A DNA stretch of 64,000 bases from Candidatus Heimdallarchaeota archaeon (GCA_011364965.1 RDOB01000003.1:64001-128000); one strand, 5' to 3'; counted from the first letter of the stretch, positions 10,261 through 21,441 are shown. Notes: a model not told the origin generated them from the letters alone. Made by a program: numbers and translations.

Positions 10261-11091
10261 TTAAAACACTGTTAATTCCCCTCGCTTTTTTAGAGAAGAC
10301 TCAATTCTCTGTAAAAAAATAAAGCCAATTAATAATGATAGGAAAGCTATTACACCTAATAATAGGATTTCTTCTGTAAAATCCAGAAATGAAATATTAG
10401 GAGTAAAACTTCCCCGAATAATACGTAATGCGTAATTTAATGGAAGGAAAGAGCCAATGAATTGTCCCCAAGGAGGTAACATTTCAACTGGGGCGATAGT
10501 GCCAGAAAAAATGAAGAAAATTGAAGTTAAAATATTTGCTGTATTAGTTCTGTCTCGCAAACTTAAAGTAATTCCATTTATTACTAATCCAACACCAAAT
10601 AGCGAAATGATTAACAATGAAAATCCTATGATTGCTAAAGAAAGATTAAAGGAAGCTAGTTTACCTCCAAAAATAAGAGTTCCAAATGAAAAGATAATTA
10701 GAAAATCAATAGTTGCATTCAACATAGAAAAAAGAAGATGACCGAACATAAACGATCTTCTTGGAACTGGACTTAAAAAAAGAGGTTCAATAGTACCACC
10801 CATTCTTTCCCAAAAAAAAGTCCTTCCTAGTTGAAAAATGCAAGCATACATATAAACAAACACAGCTTGACTGATAATGATGAATGTTAGGTAATCCACA
10901 GAGGAATATACTGAAAAAGTGCTTTTCAATCTCTCAGATCCAAAAATAACCCGATATAAAATCCAAGCTGTTGCCATAGTTATGAAGGGAAGAAAAAAAC
11001 GTAAAGCAAAACTAGTTAGAGAAAATACACGATAAAAGGAAATTAGATTATATTTTGCTGTACTAAAAATGATTCTTAAATGATATTTCAT
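10261..11091 (-). CDS. ABC-2 type exporter permease
   Basis: Six hydrophobic segments, ERMGGTIEPLFLSP, FSGTIAPVEMLP; start moved to ATG 11091. Confidence 0.88.
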   Translation of the reverse strand: MKYHLRIIFSTAKYNLISFYRVFSLTSFALRFFLPFITMATAWILYRVIFGSERLKSTFSVYSSVDYLTFIIISQAVFVYMYACIFQLGRTFFWERMGGTIEPLFLSPVPRRSFMFGHLLFSMLNATIDFLIIFSFGTLIFGGKLASFNLSLAIIGFSLLIISLFGVGLVINGITLSLRDRTNTANILTSIFFIFSGTIAPVEMLPPWGQFIGSFLPLNYALRIIRGSFTPNISFLDFTEEILLLGVIAFLSLLIGFIFLQRIESSLKKRGELTVF

Positions 11092-11104
11092 TAGACTTAA
11101 TCTC

Positions 11105-11926
11105 CTAAAATAAAGTGAGGTTTGCTTTGTGCTTAACATGCCTCTCAACAAGAACGATAAATTTTGATGAAAGAAAGAAAAGGCAAATAGAAGAGAGTAA
11201 TAGGATACTTAGTTCTAGGTAAATATCCATCAAAGTTAATGCTCCTAATAATGTTCCTCGTAAAATCAGAAAAATATAGGTTAATGGAATGGCAATTGAA
11301 ATCGCTTTGAAAATTCTTGGGAGGTACTGAACAGGAAAGACTAAACCTGATAGAAATTGTAGGGGCTCTTGAATTGCAGTAGCCCACATATTTCCTAAAC
11401 GACTGGCAATGAAAAACGCTTCAAAAAACATGCCCATTGTAAGAAGAACGAGGAATGAAACAAGAAGAGAGAAAAAAACAGCGAGTAAAGACCCTATTTT
11501 AAACTGTACCTGAAGGATTATTATACTAATCACTAATCCAAGACTAAACCAAAGGAAATTAACTGTAGCTGCCAAAGCAGTACCTGTAATAACTCCAACA
11601 CGAGAGCCAGGGGAGAGAAATAAAGGTTCTAAAGTTCCTTCCCAACGTTCTCGCATGAAAAATACCCCACCAAAGAGAGAAGCATTAATAAAAAGTACCC
11701 AACAAAATTGGCCAGTCAATGTAAATCCTAAGAGGTCAACTTCCAAATTTGAAGCGTTTAAGAGTTGTAGATTAATAGTATCAAATTCAAATGGCAGATA
11801 AAGAAAATAAAATTGTAATCCCCAAGTAAATGGGAGGATTAAATTCCAGAATAAGACAAATGGACGAAAAAATTCAGTTCTCGTCCATCGGATCACTTGT
11901 GCTTTCACAACTCTAAAGTATCCCAT
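11105..11926 (-). CDS. ABC-2 type exporter permease
   Basis: ERWEGTLEPLFLSP, LSGLVFPVQYLP. Confidence 0.88.
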   Translation of the reverse strand: MGYFRVVKAQVIRWTRTEFFRPFVLFWNLILPFTWGLQFYFLYLPFEFDTINLQLLNASNLEVDLLGFTLTGQFCWVLFINASLFGGVFFMRERWEGTLEPLFLSPGSRVGVITGTALAATVNFLWFSLGLVISIIILQVQFKIGSLLAVFFSLLVSFLVLLTMGMFFEAFFIASRLGNMWATAIQEPLQFLSGLVFPVQYLPRIFKAISIAIPLTYIFLILRGTLLGALTLMDIYLELSILLLSSICLFFLSSKFIVLVERHVKHKANLTLF

Positions 11927-11935
11927 TTTTTTCCC

Positions 11936-12937
11936 CTACTCTCCTATTATCTGAACAAAAACATCCTCTAGCGACGGAACAGAACGTTTAGCTTCATAGA
12001 TTATTAATCCCGAATTTTGGATATCTTGAATTGCCTTAGAAATATCATCTTCCCTTCCAGCTTCAATTGTAATTTCCCATGTAGGTTTATCAACTTCGAA
12101 TTTCTGAGCGCCAGGTTTGATAGATATATCTTTAAAATTCTCTAAAGATCTAAATGTATCTTTTTCAGGTTTGTTCGACCCTCCAACGGAAATAGATATT
12201 ATAGGTCGGGGGTGGTACCTCTTTTTTAGCAATTTGGGGGTTTCAATAGTCAAAATTTCCCCGTGATGTATTATTGCAACACGATCACATAATTCATCAG
12301 CTTCATGAAGATAATGGGTTGTTAGAAGAACACTCATCCCATTGTGATTAACTCGATCTCGAATTAGTTTCCGAAGCTCACGAGCTACCTGTACATCTAA
12401 TCCCAAAGTGGGCTCATCTAAAAAAAGTACCAGAGGATCATTCAGGAAAGCTTTTGCTATCTGCAAGCGTTGACGCATCCCTTTGGAATACCCCTCTACA
12501 GGAGAATTTGCTCGCTCTAAAAGGCCAACCTGTCCAAGAAGCTCGTCAATCTTTTCTTTTAACCCCTTTTGAGGAAGATTATAGAGATCAGCAAAATATT
12601 GCATATTCTCTTTAGCAGTAAGCCGAAAATAGAGCATTCGTTCAGCCCCAGCAACCATATTTATTAAGGGACGAATTCTTTGAGGTTCAGTGACGATATT
12701 ATAGTCTAAAACCGAGGCAGTTCCTTTTGAGGGATAAAGTAAAGTACATAAAATCTTTGTTAGTGTGGTTTTTCCTGCTCCATTTGGACCTAATAAACCA
12801 AGCATTTCTCCTTTATATATATCGAAACTTACGTTTTTTAACGCCTTTATATTGGTATTTTGATTCTTAAAAAGCCATTTTCGATTTTTTACAGTAAAAT
12901 CTCTGTGTAAAGCAAAGACTGATACGACTTTTTCCAT
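11936..12937 (-). CDS. ABC transporter ATP-binding subunit
   Basis: GPNGAGKTT, YSKGMRQR, LFLDEPT, TTHYL. Confidence 0.95.
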   Translation of the reverse strand: MEKVVSVFALHRDFTVKNRKWLFKNQNTNIKALKNVSFDIYKGEMLGLLGPNGAGKTTLTKILCTLLYPSKGTASVLDYNIVTEPQRIRPLINMVAGAERMLYFRLTAKENMQYFADLYNLPQKGLKEKIDELLGQVGLLERANSPVEGYSKGMRQRLQIAKAFLNDPLVLFLDEPTLGLDVQVARELRKLIRDRVNHNGMSVLLTTHYLHEADELCDRVAIIHHGEILTIETPKLLKKRYHPRPIISISVGGSNKPEKDTFRSLENFKDISIKPGAQKFEVDKPTWEITIEAGREDDISKAIQDIQNSGLIIYEAKRSVPSLEDVFVQIIGE

Positions 12938-13044
12938 GTTAATCGCTCTTCTGAAACTGTAACATAACGAATTATGTAACGATGCAATATTTATAAAATT
13001 ATATATTGAGGTATTTGTATGAATTAAAGGATAAAATATAACTT

Positions 13045-13689
13045 TTAATCAGAAAAGTCAAATGTGTTCTCTACAACATTAGGGAGAAAGTGATAAACGG
13101 ACTTTCCTAATTTTTTATTGAAATACTTTCTTATCTGTAGATATTTAGACCATCGTTGAAGAACAAATAACTTGATATCACTTTGGTCAGCCAAACAATA
13201 ACGAAGAGCTACATCAAATAATCGTTTCTCCATTAAAACATACTTATCATGCTGAACAAGACAATCACACATTTGAATTAATCTATCATAGTCGTTATAT
13301 TCGATTTCAGCGAGGAATGATTTAATAAAATTTAATTCCGAATTATCACAATCCCATTTCCCTACATTGGCATAGACATTTTGAGTTGGAAAACAATGAG
13401 TTATACAAACCCGAGCTAACTCCTCATAACCTAACCTCAGAAGAAAATGATAACCATCTATTGTATGTCGTTCCTGACTAGATCCAAACTTTTTTCCTAT
13501 ATCATGCACCAATCCCATAATATATGCTTGATAGGGATATAAATCTACTGTATTTTCTGCAATTACCTTGGCTGCATTCCCAACAAGATAACTATGTTTA
13601 ACCCAAATCCCTGGATTTTCTTTAAACCCCTGACTCAACCAGTTTTCAACTGTTTCAATAGGAGGAAGCTTCATTTTTACCATCCTCAA
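13045..13689 (-). CDS. HD-domain phosphohydrolase
   Basis: WVKHS..GLVHDIGK..H..THCF..CD. Confidence 0.85.
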   Translation of the reverse strand: MRMVKMKLPPIETVENWLSQGFKENPGIWVKHSYLVGNAAKVIAENTVDLYPYQAYIMGLVHDIGKKFGSSQERHTIDGYHFLLRLGYEELARVCITHCFPTQNVYANVGKWDCDNSELNFIKSFLAEIEYNDYDRLIQMCDCLVQHDKYVLMEKRLFDVALRYCLADQSDIKLFVLQRWSKYLQIRKYFNKKLGKSVYHFLPNVVENTFDFSD

Positions 13690-13870
13690 AGGATTAACTT
13701 AATATATAAAATGTTTTTCAATTATTGTAACGTAACAAAACTTAAAACTTAATCTATATTTTTCAAAATTAGGTTCAAAAAGTCATAAGTGTTACAGTAG
13801 CAGATTAAAACGACTTTGATATAATATATATGCAAGAAACAACTTAATTTAGAGATAGGGTTGCGATCGT

Positions 13871-14713
13871 TTGAGTAAAATACCATTACTTTCGATATCA
13901 ACAGGTCCCTTACCTCGAATGCTTAAAAGGAAGTATTATGACCTCGAAATTACATTAAAAATAATGAATGAGCTTATGCGAGAGGATATTGTAGATGGAT
14001 TTGAATTTCAGTTATTAGCTGAATGGAATGCCACTCAACCACCCTTAGATGACCCAAATGGAACACGTCTAGGCGCGTGGAAATCGAGCTCGAAGTATTC
14101 TGTTAACCAAATCGCACTTCGGTTAGAAGAAATAGCACTGCCTATTTTTTCTATACATGCAAATCGAGATATTGGGAAATTGTTATGCTCAGCAGAAGAA
14201 TCTGAAATTGAGAAAGGTAAATCATTTTGTCAACAATCAATGGAATTAGCAGAACAAATCGAAGCCAAATTATGCGTTTTTCACATTTGGGATCCGTTAA
14301 GCCAAAATTTTGATATAAAATTCCTCCAAGAAACTCTCCGCGATATCTCCAGACAATTTCCGGCATTGAGAGCTTCTGTTGAGAATATTCCAACAAGTAT
14401 TCCAGGATGCACTCCTATTCACTTGTTACACGGATTTAAGTGGATTACATTAGATCTAAGATGGGCTGCAATGTACAATGAATTGTACCTCTTTAGAAAT
14501 CTGTTACAGAAAATTATTAACGTACATTTACGAGGAGAAATATTGAATAAATTTTGGGTTCTTCCAGATGCTCCTTTTACCTTTGAAGAAGCTATAAATC
14601 TAATGTTAAATGACTGGCGTTATCTTGACATATATACTTTAGAACCTGATGGAGATTTAAAATTAAGTAATTGGCAGAATCTCAAAACTGCAATACAAGC
14701 TTTAAAAAAATAA
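13871..14713 (+). CDS. TIM-barrel sugar-phosphate isomerase / AP-endonuclease-2-like protein
   Basis: FSIHA, CVFH, VENIP, TLDLRW, NVHLR, YTLEP metal-ligand pattern. Confidence 0.7.
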   Translation: MSKIPLLSISTGPLPRMLKRKYYDLEITLKIMNELMREDIVDGFEFQLLAEWNATQPPLDDPNGTRLGAWKSSSKYSVNQIALRLEEIALPIFSIHANRDIGKLLCSAEESEIEKGKSFCQQSMELAEQIEAKLCVFHIWDPLSQNFDIKFLQETLRDISRQFPALRASVENIPTSIPGCTPIHLLHGFKWITLDLRWAAMYNELYLFRNLLQKIINVHLRGEILNKFWVLPDAPFTFEEAINLMLNDWRYLDIYTLEPDGDLKLSNWQNLKTAIQALKK

Positions 14714-14731
14714 GAAAATGAGGACTCAAAA

Positions 14732-15097
14732 ATGGTAATTTTTTCATTTTGTGGTTTAAATTGTACTACATGTTCCGCGTATATTGCCAAAAGAACAAAC
14801 GATCAAGAGCTTCGGATTAAAACTGCAGAAAAATGGTCGTTCTTATTGAAACTAAAACCGGAAGAAATTAATTGTGATGGTTGTCCTGAACTAGATGGAG
14901 TTTTGATTCCCTTTTGTAAAAAGGACTGTAAAGTGAGAGAATGTGTTATATCAAGAAATATTGATAGTTGCGCTTATTGTGTAGATTACCCATGTCATTT
15001 ACTTGAAGATCTCTGGGAATGGTTACGAATCGAGAGTTTTGCCAGGAAAAATTTAAATTGGATCCGAGAAAATTCAAAATCATTAAAAAAACTATAA
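14732..15097 (+). CDS. DUF3795-type cysteine-rich protein
   Basis: CGLNCTTCSAY..CDGC..C..C..C..CAYCVDYPC. Confidence 0.85.
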   Translation: MVIFSFCGLNCTTCSAYIAKRTNDQELRIKTAEKWSFLLKLKPEEINCDGCPELDGVLIPFCKKDCKVRECVISRNIDSCAYCVDYPCHLLEDLWEWLRIESFARKNLNWIRENSKSLKKL

Positions 15098-15310
15098 GTA
15101 AGCAATCTTTTTTTGTTTTTAATGTTCCCTTTAATCATCTGGTAAGATTCGATTAATTTCAATGAAATTATAAAGGAAAAAAATGAACTCTATTTAAAGT
15201 AGATGTGAACGTTCATATTTTTTCCCAAACTCGATAAAGCTTCTATGTTAATAGAATGATAAAATATTGACGTTTGTATTATTTCTAGAACTATTAATTG
15301 AGGAAACCGA

Positions 15311-17047
15311 ATGACGGCCAAGGAAGCTCGCTGGTATCAGATGAATAACGATGAAAGAATTGTAGAGATCCGATTAAGACGTGCAAATAATGAATCCTTT
15401 GCAAAAATAGCTGAGGAACTTCTAGGAGACGAAAAAAATAAATCTACAATTTGGAGCTGGGCTAAACGTAATATGCAAGATGAAGACTTATATCCACGGA
15501 TGCAAAGCCTTCCAAGTCAACCTTATAGTGAATTCAGCTCTGTAGAACAGTGGTATATGTATGATATCATGTCATCCCTCTTTCCTCGTCTTGATGCCAT
15601 AACTCAACACATTCTGTTCGAAATCCAGAAAATATTAACCGAACAGCAAAAAAAATTCAGTCTTACTGCTAGCTTTTTAGATGACTTGGAAGAAAGGGTT
15701 ATTAAAACGATTGAACAATATTCTGCAACTCTTGGTCCACGTATGTCTGTCCCAGTTCCTCCAGGGAAGGTTTCTGCATCCCCTCCCCCTCCAGTTCCAA
15801 GAGCTACTGGCGCACCTCCTCCACCTCCTGTTTCAGGTTCAGGAATACACTCACGTGTTGGAATTCCATCTGGATCTATGGCTGAACTTAGAACAGATTT
15901 CGAAGAAATGTCTATGGAGGAGATCACCGCTCTTCCCCCTGATTTTTTAGAAGCATTGACACCAACAGACAGGAATAGAGTACAGGAACGAGTTAAAGAA
16001 CTTCGGATGCTTGAAAAGATGTCCGAAGAAGAACGTGAGGAGTATCTACGACTGAAACAAGAAGAAAAAGAAAGAGTAGAAGCCTCTGAAGGACTAGGAG
16101 GCTCTTTAACAGCGATGTTAGATGACCAAGACTCGCTTTTTGCTCGAATGCGACGAGCAGCAGATGATTCACAAGTTTCTGGGACTGGAACATTTGGAAA
16201 ATTTTTAACAGAGTATATATATTTCTATTGTTTCTCCTGTGGCAAAATGAACCGATCTGAGGGGGATGAATTAGAGATGTGTGAATATTGCCGAGCAGGG
16301 CCGGAATTAATGGTTCTGGATGAAGAGAAAACGAATTATCGCTACTGGGAGTGCATCTCTGAGAAGAATCGCGAACCTGTGAATCCACAATATACTCGCG
16401 GACATCAAATAGTGGTTCGTTCGAGATGGAAAACTCCATTTGACCAAGAATTGGACGTTGGGGATTGTCCATCAGAAAAAGTACGGGAGATAACAAGTGC
16501 AGTAGCAATTAAATCTGACCCTGATAAACAATTCTCTCATTATATCATCCTTTTTCGGTTATATTCTCAATTAAACTTGCAAGGTGATCTTAAAACATAT
16601 ATTTCAGAATTAGGTGAAGCAATTCAGACACTACCTGATATAATTACAAAAGAACAAGCAAATATTCAAGCTCTATCCATCCTTGATAAAATTATATTCT
16701 TATTAGATTGGATTGAATCACGGAAATTTATAGAATCGCATCCAAACTCTAAGGAAATTATTAAACAAGTTAATAATTTGAGGCTAGATATTAAAGCTTT
16801 AAGTAATCCAGAATCTCCGCAAGAACTCAGAAAAGCTAGTGAAGTAGGACAGATTTCAAGTAAGGTTGATCAAATTCTAAACCGGCTTTCGAATATCTTC
16901 TTGCAACTTGAATCTGAGCTACTAGTTCCATCAAAGTGGAAATGCAGTTCCTGTGAGAATGAGTTTGAGGTTAAAGATCGACTTTCCATACCAGAGAAAT
17001 GCGTTTCGTGTGGAAAAATAATAACAAAACTTTTGCCAGTTGATTAA
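15311..17047 (+). CDS. Hypothetical multidomain protein: N-terminal HTH, polyproline tracts, charged coiled coil, two Zn-ribbons
   Basis: ESFAKIAEELLG..STIWSW; PVPP/SPPPPVP/APPPPPV; EEEREEYLRLKQEEKER; CFSC..CEYC; CSSC..CVSC. Confidence 0.75.
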   Translation: MTAKEARWYQMNNDERIVEIRLRRANNESFAKIAEELLGDEKNKSTIWSWAKRNMQDEDLYPRMQSLPSQPYSEFSSVEQWYMYDIMSSLFPRLDAITQHILFEIQKILTEQQKKFSLTASFLDDLEERVIKTIEQYSATLGPRMSVPVPPGKVSASPPPPVPRATGAPPPPPVSGSGIHSRVGIPSGSMAELRTDFEEMSMEEITALPPDFLEALTPTDRNRVQERVKELRMLEKMSEEEREEYLRLKQEEKERVEASEGLGGSLTAMLDDQDSLFARMRRAADDSQVSGTGTFGKFLTEYIYFYCFSCGKMNRSEGDELEMCEYCRAGPELMVLDEEKTNYRYWECISEKNREPVNPQYTRGHQIVVRSRWKTPFDQELDVGDCPSEKVREITSAVAIKSDPDKQFSHYIILFRLYSQLNLQGDLKTYISELGEAIQTLPDIITKEQANIQALSILDKIIFLLDWIESRKFIESHPNSKEIIKQVNNLRLDIKALSNPESPQELRKASEVGQISSKVDQILNRLSNIFLQLESELLVPSKWKCSSCENEFEVKDRLSIPEKCVSCGKIITKLLPVD

Positions 17048-17106
17048 AAGACTTTTTCTTAATTACTTCCCTCAGGTTTATTAATTAAAACCATTAATCA
17101 TATAAA

Positions 17107-18717
17107 ATGATCATTATGTCAATTCTAAATACAAGAATTTCCAAAGTAACTGTATACCCCGAAAAAGCCTTAATTATCCGGGAAGGTACAGTAAAAATCT
17201 CCTCTGGTAAATCAATTCTTGAAATTCCCTCCCTCCCTCTCAAACTAGATCCATCATCTATTCGGGTTAAAGGATCGAGTGTAACAGGGAGTATAATAGA
17301 AGGAATTGATATTCAAAAAATCTATCATAAAGAGGCAACTGAGCCCGACCAAAAGCTCCTAGATAAATTAGAAGAGTTGCACGATAAATTAGAAGAATTA
17401 GAACAGGAAATAAATTTCTTAGAGAACCGTTTAGGGAATAGCAAGGAACTTGAAATGAACTTTGCACAAGATTTTTCACGCTATTACTCCCGAGGAGAAA
17501 TTTCACTTGAGAAATTTAATGAGTTACGAGAGCAGATTGCTAAAGAATATTTAGCTATCATCAAAAAGAAAAAAGAGTTAGAGCGTAAAAAAAAGGAAAT
17601 TGAGAAAGAAACTGAGATTCTTAACAAAAAATTAGTTGATCGAAAGTTACCCACGCAACCTACAGATTATACAGTTTATATTCAGATTAATAATCCTGAT
17701 GGAAAAAAAGATGATGAATTTGCGTTAGAATTATCTTACATTGCAACTGATGCTCAGTGGTGGCCATCTTACGACTTCAGAAGTGATCTTCTGAAAGGAG
17801 AGATTATTGTTGAATATTTTGGGATGGTTAAGCAAACAACGGGCGAAGAATGGGAAAATATTGAATTAACTCTCTCCACAGCCAGTCCGACCAGAATAAC
17901 AACTATCCCGGAATTGTCTCCCTGGTATGTTGATGCATATCGACCACCGCCACATCCGCCTCGCATGGCCAAACTAGCGGTAAAAAAGGAAATGGATTAT
18001 CTTGCTGCACGACTCCCAGCCCCTGCAGGCGCGATAATGGAAGAGCCACTTGAGGAAGAAAGAGAAGAGGCGAAAATTATCGAAGCGGTTCTGGAAGACG
18101 TTGGAGAAGCCCAAACATATAAAATCCCTAAAAATGAATCAATCACTTCTGAAAATCGTCCTCATCAAGTTTTGATAGCTCAAATTACGAACCCTCTCAA
18201 GGATGACTTCATATCATTCCCTACTATTGCATCTGAAGTGATCCATCGAGGAACAATGGTAAATGAATCTGAGTATATTTTCTTACCAGGACAAGTTCGA
18301 TTATTTGATTCAAATGAATTTATCGGAACGACACACATTGAACAAATCGCTCCCGCAGAAAAATTTCGATTTGCACTTGGAACAACTGGAAAAATCAAAG
18401 TGAAACGAAAACTATCAAGCCAAGAAGTTTCAAAGAAAGGAATGATAGCAAAAACAAAACAAATACATAAGGAAGTAACAATTGAAATAACAAATAATCG
18501 GACAACAGATTCAACTCTTTTAGTCAAAGACACTCTTCCTCTTTCTCGACACGAAGATATTAAAGTTAAAATCCTTAACCTAACTCCTGTACCCAAAGAA
18601 CAGACAGATATGAATATTTGCACATGGAAACTAGTTCTGAAGCCAAATGAAAAACTTACGATTGTTCAATCTTATGACATAGAACATCCTGTTGATTTAT
18701 CTTTACAAGGAGCATAA
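17107..18717 (+). CDS. MuiA family protein (DUF4140 + DUF4139)
   Basis: ISKVTVYPEKALIIR, coiled coil, WWPSYD, VKQTTGEEWENIELTLSTASP. Confidence 0.88.
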   Translation: MIIMSILNTRISKVTVYPEKALIIREGTVKISSGKSILEIPSLPLKLDPSSIRVKGSSVTGSIIEGIDIQKIYHKEATEPDQKLLDKLEELHDKLEELEQEINFLENRLGNSKELEMNFAQDFSRYYSRGEISLEKFNELREQIAKEYLAIIKKKKELERKKKEIEKETEILNKKLVDRKLPTQPTDYTVYIQINNPDGKKDDEFALELSYIATDAQWWPSYDFRSDLLKGEIIVEYFGMVKQTTGEEWENIELTLSTASPTRITTIPELSPWYVDAYRPPPHPPRMAKLAVKKEMDYLAARLPAPAGAIMEEPLEEEREEAKIIEAVLEDVGEAQTYKIPKNESITSENRPHQVLIAQITNPLKDDFISFPTIASEVIHRGTMVNESEYIFLPGQVRLFDSNEFIGTTHIEQIAPAEKFRFALGTTGKIKVKRKLSSQEVSKKGMIAKTKQIHKEVTIEITNNRTTDSTLLVKDTLPLSRHEDIKVKILNLTPVPKEQTDMNICTWKLVLKPNEKLTIVQSYDIEHPVDLSLQGA

Positions 18718-18733
18718 AAAAATTATATCAAAT

Positions 18734-19816
18734 CTAACGATTCTTTCTTCGTACAACAAGAATTACCAGAGTTAAAGATAGAAGTACCAAAGAAATAAAA
18801 TCTGCTGTTTCCTTAGATGCAATAATTGTTGTTACGTAAGTAATCCAAGTCGTATAGGTCAACCAAGTGGTTAGATTTTCCTCTTGATCAGTTGTCGAAG
18901 AGATGGTGTTAGAAGTTTGTGTCTCAGAACTTATTCCTGATGTAGTGCATATTTCACTTAATTCACCAGCTAAAAAATCAATTTTAATATTATCTCCATC
19001 AGAAGAGACATTTATATACTTCGTAACAGGAATCTCAAAATATTTACCAGTAACTGTTAAAGTGATGCTTCCATTTACAGTTATTGGGATACTATAACCA
19101 CCTGAAGGGCCAGTGATTGTAAAAAAGTCACCTTGGCTAGGTGTGATGATAACATCTTCCAATCCTTCACCGATATTATAGAAACCATTTGCATTGGTGT
19201 CATTGTATACTACTCCTAACAGATATGCAATGTTAGAGAGACCATATAGGAGATCACAATATCCCCCATTATAATTTCCAATCCCGAATTCATTTGAGTT
19301 TATTGGAATTCCTAAGATAAATTCACGATGTAATGGTTGGCCAAACGATTCCCATCCTGAGTCTTGCATGAGTGCTGAATATAGAAAATCAACGTTAGAA
19401 AAATATGAAGCTACACTTTCGCCACGTGGTAGACCAGTATAATTATTGGCTATCAACCTTTCAGTAAACGAGGTTCCGTCTACTGAATGTCCTAAAGTAG
19501 AGTAATTAAACATAACTTCGGAATATGCAGTAGCAGTCTGGCATAATATCTTATGCATTGCTAAAGGAGGTTGAGGAGTTAGATTCACTGGTACACCATC
19601 TTGTAAATCAATGCTAAGTCTAAGAGCCTCAGCTTCAGGATTTTCTCGAGCTCGATTGTGTAATTCTAACATATATTGCTCTGCTGATGAATATGTCCCA
19701 TGATCATACAAAACTTGGGTTTGGATAAAATTCAGATCGTTTTTTGAAGGTACTATCATAATACATAAACCTAACACTAGAATTAGAACGATTAAATAAT
19801 TAGATTTCTTTTCCAT
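18734..19816 (-). CDS. Secreted, membrane-anchored CAP (SCP) domain protein with SdrD-B-like beta domain
   Basis: Signal peptide; EQYMLELHNRARENP, GHS, GES, HREFIL; GVVYNDTNANGFYNIGEGL; S/T-rich linker, TM helix and RRKNR tail. Confidence 0.8.
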   Translation of the reverse strand: MEKKSNYLIVLILVLGLCIMIVPSKNDLNFIQTQVLYDHGTYSSAEQYMLELHNRARENPEAEALRLSIDLQDGVPVNLTPQPPLAMHKILCQTATAYSEVMFNYSTLGHSVDGTSFTERLIANNYTGLPRGESVASYFSNVDFLYSALMQDSGWESFGQPLHREFILGIPINSNEFGIGNYNGGYCDLLYGLSNIAYLLGVVYNDTNANGFYNIGEGLEDVIITPSQGDFFTITGPSGGYSIPITVNGSITLTVTGKYFEIPVTKYINVSSDGDNIKIDFLAGELSEICTTSGISSETQTSNTISSTTDQEENLTTWLTYTTWITYVTTIIASKETADFISLVLLSLTLVILVVRRKNR

Positions 19817-20288
19817 TGCTATTTGCCCTTCTAAAGAAATATTACGCGATTTTAAATTATTTAGGAATTTTAAAATAAAAACTTTTAGAAATTAAATAGT
19901 AAAAACTAGATAATTGAGGATAATATCGGTTAGGTTAAGAGAAGTATAATAGTTGGTATATACCTTTATAATTTATCCCTGATTATCCTAAGAATTCCAC
20001 TTATCTTAAGAAATAGATTTTTTTAACGGTGTAGTTGTTTTATTATTAGTGCTTTTTTATTATTGGATTTCTAATGATTCTGATTTTCCTATCATACTAA
20101 CCATCTTCATCTTTTTTGGAGTAATTATACCAGTAAGAGAGGTAATAAGAAAACGATGTTAAATAATACGAATTTGGACGAATAACTTCAAATCATTCAT
20201 TTTACTTAGTTTACCCAATCGGATAGACATTAATTATCGATGATCATTCTGGACTAATTGTAAACACTGATTGAAATAGAGGAGTAGC

Positions 20289-20852
20289 ATGTCAAAGATT
20301 AAATTAACGCCTAATGTTTCACCCTTTCCAATGCCTGTCGCTATTGTTGGAGCACTTGTCAAAAATCGTCCTAATTTCATGACTGTCGCGTGGTTCAATC
20401 GTTTACATGGCAAACCCCCGATCTGGGGTATAGCTTTTGGGAAAAAACAATACACCCTTGAAGGAATCAGAGAAAATAAAACTTTTAGCATTAATATTCC
20501 TAATGTAAACTTGGTAAAGAAAGTTGATCATTGTGGTATTGTATCTGGAAGAAAGGTTGACAAATCAAAGCTTTTTACGGTTTTTTATGGAGAGTTACAA
20601 TCAGTTCCTATGGTTCAGGAATGCCCCCTAAGTCTGGAATGTCGGGTATACGATATTATTGAATTACCTGAAATAACACTTGTACTTGGCGAAGTCATCA
20701 CTGCTTACACTGAAGAGCAATATATGAGTAAGGGGAAATTAGACTCAAGAAAAATTAATCCTTTCACATTTTCGCAACCTGATAATAAATATTGGGCGCT
20801 AGGTGATATGATTGCCGATGCTTTTGCCATTGGCAAGATATTTAAAGATTAA
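20289..20852 (+). CDS. Flavin reductase family (flavoredoxin-like) protein
   Basis: FPMPVAIVG..PNFMTVAW, CGIVSGRKVDK, ECPLSLECRV. Confidence 0.9.
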   Translation: MSKIKLTPNVSPFPMPVAIVGALVKNRPNFMTVAWFNRLHGKPPIWGIAFGKKQYTLEGIRENKTFSINIPNVNLVKKVDHCGIVSGRKVDKSKLFTVFYGELQSVPMVQECPLSLECRVYDIIELPEITLVLGEVITAYTEEQYMSKGKLDSRKINPFTFSQPDNKYWALGDMIADAFAIGKIFKD

Positions 20853-21441
20853 ACCCTGTCTGATTTACCAGATTTCTATAATAAAAATCGGTATTAAATC
20901 ACAGGGGTCAACTTACTGCTTCAGACCTTTTGGGTTTTACTATTAAGATTTTATTTCAGTAAACTATAGTATAGTGCTATATATCATCCCAAACTTTTTT
21001 TTCATGATTTTTTTGGAGAATGGACTTCTTTTGTATTACACGTTTGTTATTCACTTGAAAATTCTGGTTATTCGCTTCAAGGAATATATGGAAACTCACT
21101 CCTTGAATTCTCTTCTTTTGTTCAGGATGGACGGCACTTTGTATCCAATTATATTCTTTCTCACCCCTCATAACCGTTGGAAACGAAAATATTTCATTAA
21201 CGACTCTGATCTTCAGTGGATCTGGAAGTGACGAGATTAGTGAGGGAGATGAGACCCTTCTGGGAGACTTTGGTTATGTGAATCTCATTATTACGGCAGC
21301 TTCAGTAACTGGTAAGGCAACAGTGACTGGATTTCAATCTGAGACAGGAATAATCTATGAATCTTAATATCTCTCCTCTCCTTTTTTTATGTATGAATCT
21401 AGTATTTCTCCAGTTATTATTTATTATTATTGTGTGAAGGT

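Noticed and set aside
19930-20162. Hydrophobic peptide fragment ending ..FIFFGVIIPVREVIRKRC*
   Set aside because: Short, lacks a start and lies in very T-rich DNA where such translations arise by chance
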